DNA of 22,940 nucleotides from the NCBI GenBank assembly GCA_000388065.2, contig KB932204.1, one strand, 5' to 3'. Below are positions 19,933 to 22,940 of the stretch, piece by piece (within the stretch, counting starts at the first letter, position 1; every line of letters starts with the position of its first letter). The notes beneath the pieces are model-generated. The model was not told the origin of the DNA. It saw only the letters and a list, made by a program, of their open reading frames with translations, and did no database searches. The stretch comes from Fonticula alba ATCC 38817. Taxonomy: Eukaryota > Protista > Nucleariida. The position numbers and the translations under genes were made by a program.

Positions 19933-21055
19933 GCAGGGCCCCGGGGCAGAAGGGGACTAAGGATGGTCCGCCTCAGGTCCCCATCCGTAGGGGAAAGCCT
20001 ATCACCGGGGGGCACACCGAGTCCTTGTCGCGCGGCGTGTCCTTCCGCGGGGCGGGGGGCGAGAAACAAACAGGAGCACCGGAGCGCGAGCGCACATTTG
20101 CACACACGAATACACAAGTGTTGGTAGTCTCCATGTGGGGCGGGGCGGAATGCCTCGACAGCACATGGGCATGTACCGTGACCCCGGGTCGAGATGCCCA
20201 AAGGGGGCCGAGTCGCTTCCGTGTGATGTGTCACGGGGCGATTTCACAGCGTGATGGTATCGGGGACAAAGCGAACGCCACCAGGCAGGGCAGCTATCGG
20301 GACATGCGGTTGGACGCCATTGCATCCATTTGGAGCTGTCCTTTTGCATACCCGTCCCCTCGCTGGCAGGCCGGTGTCGCGACATTCCAGCGGCATCGCC
20401 GCGTTTCCGGTCGCCCCGGTCCCGGTCTTCACCCCCCCCCCTCGGTGGCAGAAAGGGGCGAGGTAGAGAGAGACAGAGAGAGAGGGACTCGCGAAAAGGA
20501 GAATAATGCGCCATAATATATTCGACAAATGCTTGAGCATCCTTCCACTGCACTCGACACAAGACATCCGGCAGGCCAGCGCCCTTTGTGGTAGTGGGCG
20601 GGAAGTGCCTCGCCTTTGGTGGGCACTTTTGGCGCGCATTCCGCCCACCCATCCCGGCGGAGCATTCGGTCTCGGACTGGTGGGCTTTTTCTCCCGCCGG
20701 CCCAAGAGGGCTGTAATGTGCCCCCGGCCGGCCCGGTCCCTGGCAACAGGGAAGTGGCCCGCCAGGGTAACGGCCAAGGCGTGGGCACCACCACGCCCGA
20801 CCCTTTGCCTCCGCCGGTTCCCGCAAGCCCCTGGCATCGCGCTCGCCCGGGCCTCCGAACATGCTGCGCCTGCCTGTGCGCCGCTCCTCCTGCCTCCCTC
20901 GCCCGCGTCGCGCTCTGCCGCCGCCTCTCTCCGGGTGTGTGTCGTGCCATCGGCCAGCATCCGCGGAAGCGGGGGGATCGTGATGCAATACCCCCTGAGC
21001 TGCTTTCCCCGCTCCACGTGGATGTCGGCCTCGATGTGTGCGTTGTACGAGCGTC

Positions 21056-21074
21056 TGTGTGTGTGTGTGTGTGT
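21056..21074. repeat. (TG)n microsatellite
   Basis: Direct reading of a tgtgtg... run in non-coding sequence. Confidence 0.8.
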
Positions 21075-21781
21075 CTATGCTCGTGTGTCGGCAAGACCCG
21101 GGCGGTCCAGGCTCGTCCCCAGATAATGCGTACCCCATTCCAATCCCCGGGTGTGCTTCCGAAAAGCACCGGGCGAGCCGGGGTGGCGACCGACCCGCGT
21201 CGGCCTTTCCCCGGACTCGAGGTGATCTCCCACGGGGCGGTCCGCGTGGATATTGCGCGCGTGTAGGCGGCTTTTCCCCCGCCCTGTTCCGGGGGCTCCT
21301 TCGCTCTTTCTTGCTCGGCCTCCCTGCCGGGCCAGACACGCCCGGGCCCCTTCCGCCGAAGGGGCGCCGGTTTTTCCGAGGGCCCACGCAGGGCCGAGGT
21401 GCTGGTCCAAGGGCCAAAAGGACCGGAGCCCCGAAATATATTAAGTTCGCCCGGCGGCCCCTTTCCCCCTCGGGCCCGGATGTTCGGGGGTAGCGCCCTT
21501 CCTCGTGCGGCCCGTTTGCCCGCCTCTCCCAGCCGGGCGGGGCCCCGTGCGAGCGCCGCCCTGGCCCCGGCGAGTGTGGCGCATTCCAGCCGGCCTGCGC
21601 CCGCTGCCGCCGGGCGATGTGAAACCGCCAGCCACACTCAGGGGGCCTGTGCTGGCCACCGCCCGGCCGCTATGTAGTTGGCATGCAAGGGGCTCTCGCC
21701 CCGCGCCTGGGCCCGCTGCTACTGCTGCTGCTGTTGCTGTTGCTGTGATGTCCCTCCGCCGGCTGCCGCCGACTGTGGCGG

Positions 21782-21791
21782 NNNNNNNNNN
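21782..21791. other. Small assembly gap (10 N, possibly a placeholder size)
   Basis: Run of N inside an intron-like purine-rich (+) / pyrimidine-rich (-) tract. Confidence 0.97.
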
Positions 21792-21924
21792 GGGGGTAGA
21801 GGGAGGGGGAGAGAGGTGGGGATGAAGGAGGGGGGAGAGAGAGAAGAAGGAAGAGAAGGAGAAAAAGAAGACGAGCACCCCCCCCCCCCCCCCTTGGTCA
21901 AGGGCGACATGGTGTTGGGCGTAC

Positions 21925-22169
21925 TCAGCAACATGAGCCTTGCAGCACCAGATGGCTGTGCAGAAGCGCCGACAGCCGGACGGGAAGGTACCCGGCGTTT
22001 TCGGGGTCTGATGGGAGTAGTGGTAGGAGCGTGGCCGCGAGGCGTAATACCTGCGCCGGGTCCGGGCCCTGGCGCGATGACGGCTGCTGCTGCTGCTGCG
22101 CGAGCTCGACCGCGACCGTGACCGCGACCGCGACCGCGACCGGCCGCCCGAACGACGACCGCCTCTCAT
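21925..22169 (-). CDS. Arg/Ser-rich first coding exon (81 codons + 2 nt) of a minus-strand gene; possibly exon 1 of the 17225-18482 membrane protein
   Basis: acaccATG at 22169 follows a pyrimidine-rich leader. The frame has high GC3 and reads MRGGRRSGGRSRSRSRSRSRSSSRSSSSSRHRARARTRRRYYASRPRSYHYSH...GCRRFCTAIWCCKAHVA. It ends at donor GA|GTACGC (21924), followed by a G-run and a long pyrimidine tract typical of introns here. Confidence 0.55.
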
Positions 22170-22940
22170 GGTGTCTCGTGCGGACCGCGATACGGGCAAG
22201 GGAAGGGCGACAGGCAGGTGGCTGGGTTGGGTGGGTGCGACGGAGAAAGTGCGAGGGAGAGGGAGAAGCAGGCGGAAGGGGGTCGATAGGGGGCAGGGGG
22301 GGATGGCGACGGTTGGTCACGGGCAGCCACTTGCCCTCGAATTCAATGTGCGCAAACCGAAAGAAAGGCCCTGCCAGCCCATTCCCCAGTTTGTCGTGTC
22401 CTCCCGTGCCGCCCGCCTCCCACGGCTGATGGGGGGGGGGGGGAATGGGAGCATTGTCGGCCGGGGGCGGGATCAAGACATGTGCCCGTTAGCAGGGCCC
22501 GCAGGGCACGGTGAGATCGTCCTGGAGCAGGCGCGCCCAGGAGGGCAGGGGGGGGGGGGGAAACATCCCTCGGCCCTTCGTAGTCAGGTTGGGAGCTGCA
22601 TGACCACGTTCCCCCAGCGCTCCGTGTGCAGGCAGGCCCCGGGGCGGGGCCGAAGAATGGCAGGTCGGGGGGGAAATGCCCGCATAAAGCCGGACGCCGC
22701 GCAGGGGCGGCGCGCTCCCTTCCTCCGCCGTCCCAGGCCCCATCCTGCCGGAAGTTCCTCACCTCCGGCGGGAACGAATAACATTGAGCGGATAACGGGG
22801 TCAAAGGGGGCGGGGGGGACCCGCGGCCGTTTCCGTTGTTTCCGCGCGGGTGCGACCCGGGCGCGGCGTCTCAATCCCTCAGCAAGGGCAGCCGGTGGGG
22901 ACACACTCGCACACGCAGATACACGCGACCGGGGCCCCGC

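Noticed and set aside
17633-19960. Long ORFs spanning the N gap
   Set aside because: Artefacts of translating N as X, plus antisense reading of the membrane-protein exon.
19534-21637. ORFs of 200-470 aa between the gap and 21.6 kb
   Set aside because: No codon bias, no domain, and they pass through TG/AG microsatellites; likely intronic or intergenic.
21925-22476. Alternative minus frame AQQQQQ...PAQVLRLAATLLPLLP... as the real exon
   Set aside because: Looks protein-like but uses many A-ending codons (gta, tta, cta, cca, tca) that are rare in the real genes here. The RS frame has high GC3, a good ATG context and a same-register antisense ORF.
1650-22755. ETS/GABP-like CCGGAAGT sites at ~1650 (minus strand) and ~22748
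   Set aside because: About one occurrence is expected by chance in a window of this size and composition, and ETS factors are not established outside animals.
1-22940. CRISPR arrays, transposons, tRNA/rRNA, prokaryotic promoters or terminators
   Set aside because: No repeat-spacer array, terminal inverted repeats, transposase/RT motifs, tRNA cloverleaf or rRNA signature was seen. The DNA is spliceosomal-intron eukaryotic.

Overview
Very GC-rich, intron-containing eukaryotic genomic DNA with two assembly gaps (N runs at 18638-19502 and 21782-21791). The codon bias, short GT-AG introns with CTRAC-like branch points, long poly-C/poly-G tracts and opisthokont-like protein sequences suggest a GC-rich unicellular opisthokont such as Fonticula (inference, not verified). 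Four protein-coding genes are well supported. (1) 40S ribosomal protein eS17 (+, 2661-3970), with an ATG-only first exon and a 908-bp intron. (2) A six-exon CARNMT1/N2227-family SAM-dependent histidine methyltransferase (-, 5070-7607, ~664 aa) with a long (GHxH)n His-rich N-terminal extension. (3) A very large Vps54-like GARP tethering subunit (+, 8867-17038, ~2537 aa) with an unexplained, partly TPR-like N-terminal extension. (4) A two-TM membrane protein resembling the APD1-4 luminal domains but ending in a PPxY-bearing Pro-rich tail rather than a RING (-, last exon 17225-18482). An Arg/Ser-rich coding exon at 21925-22169 (-) is phase-compatible with being the first exon of gene 4. Most other long ORFs in the six-frame track are GC-rich shadow or antisense ORFs. 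No rRNA, tRNA, CRISPR array or mobile element was recognised.
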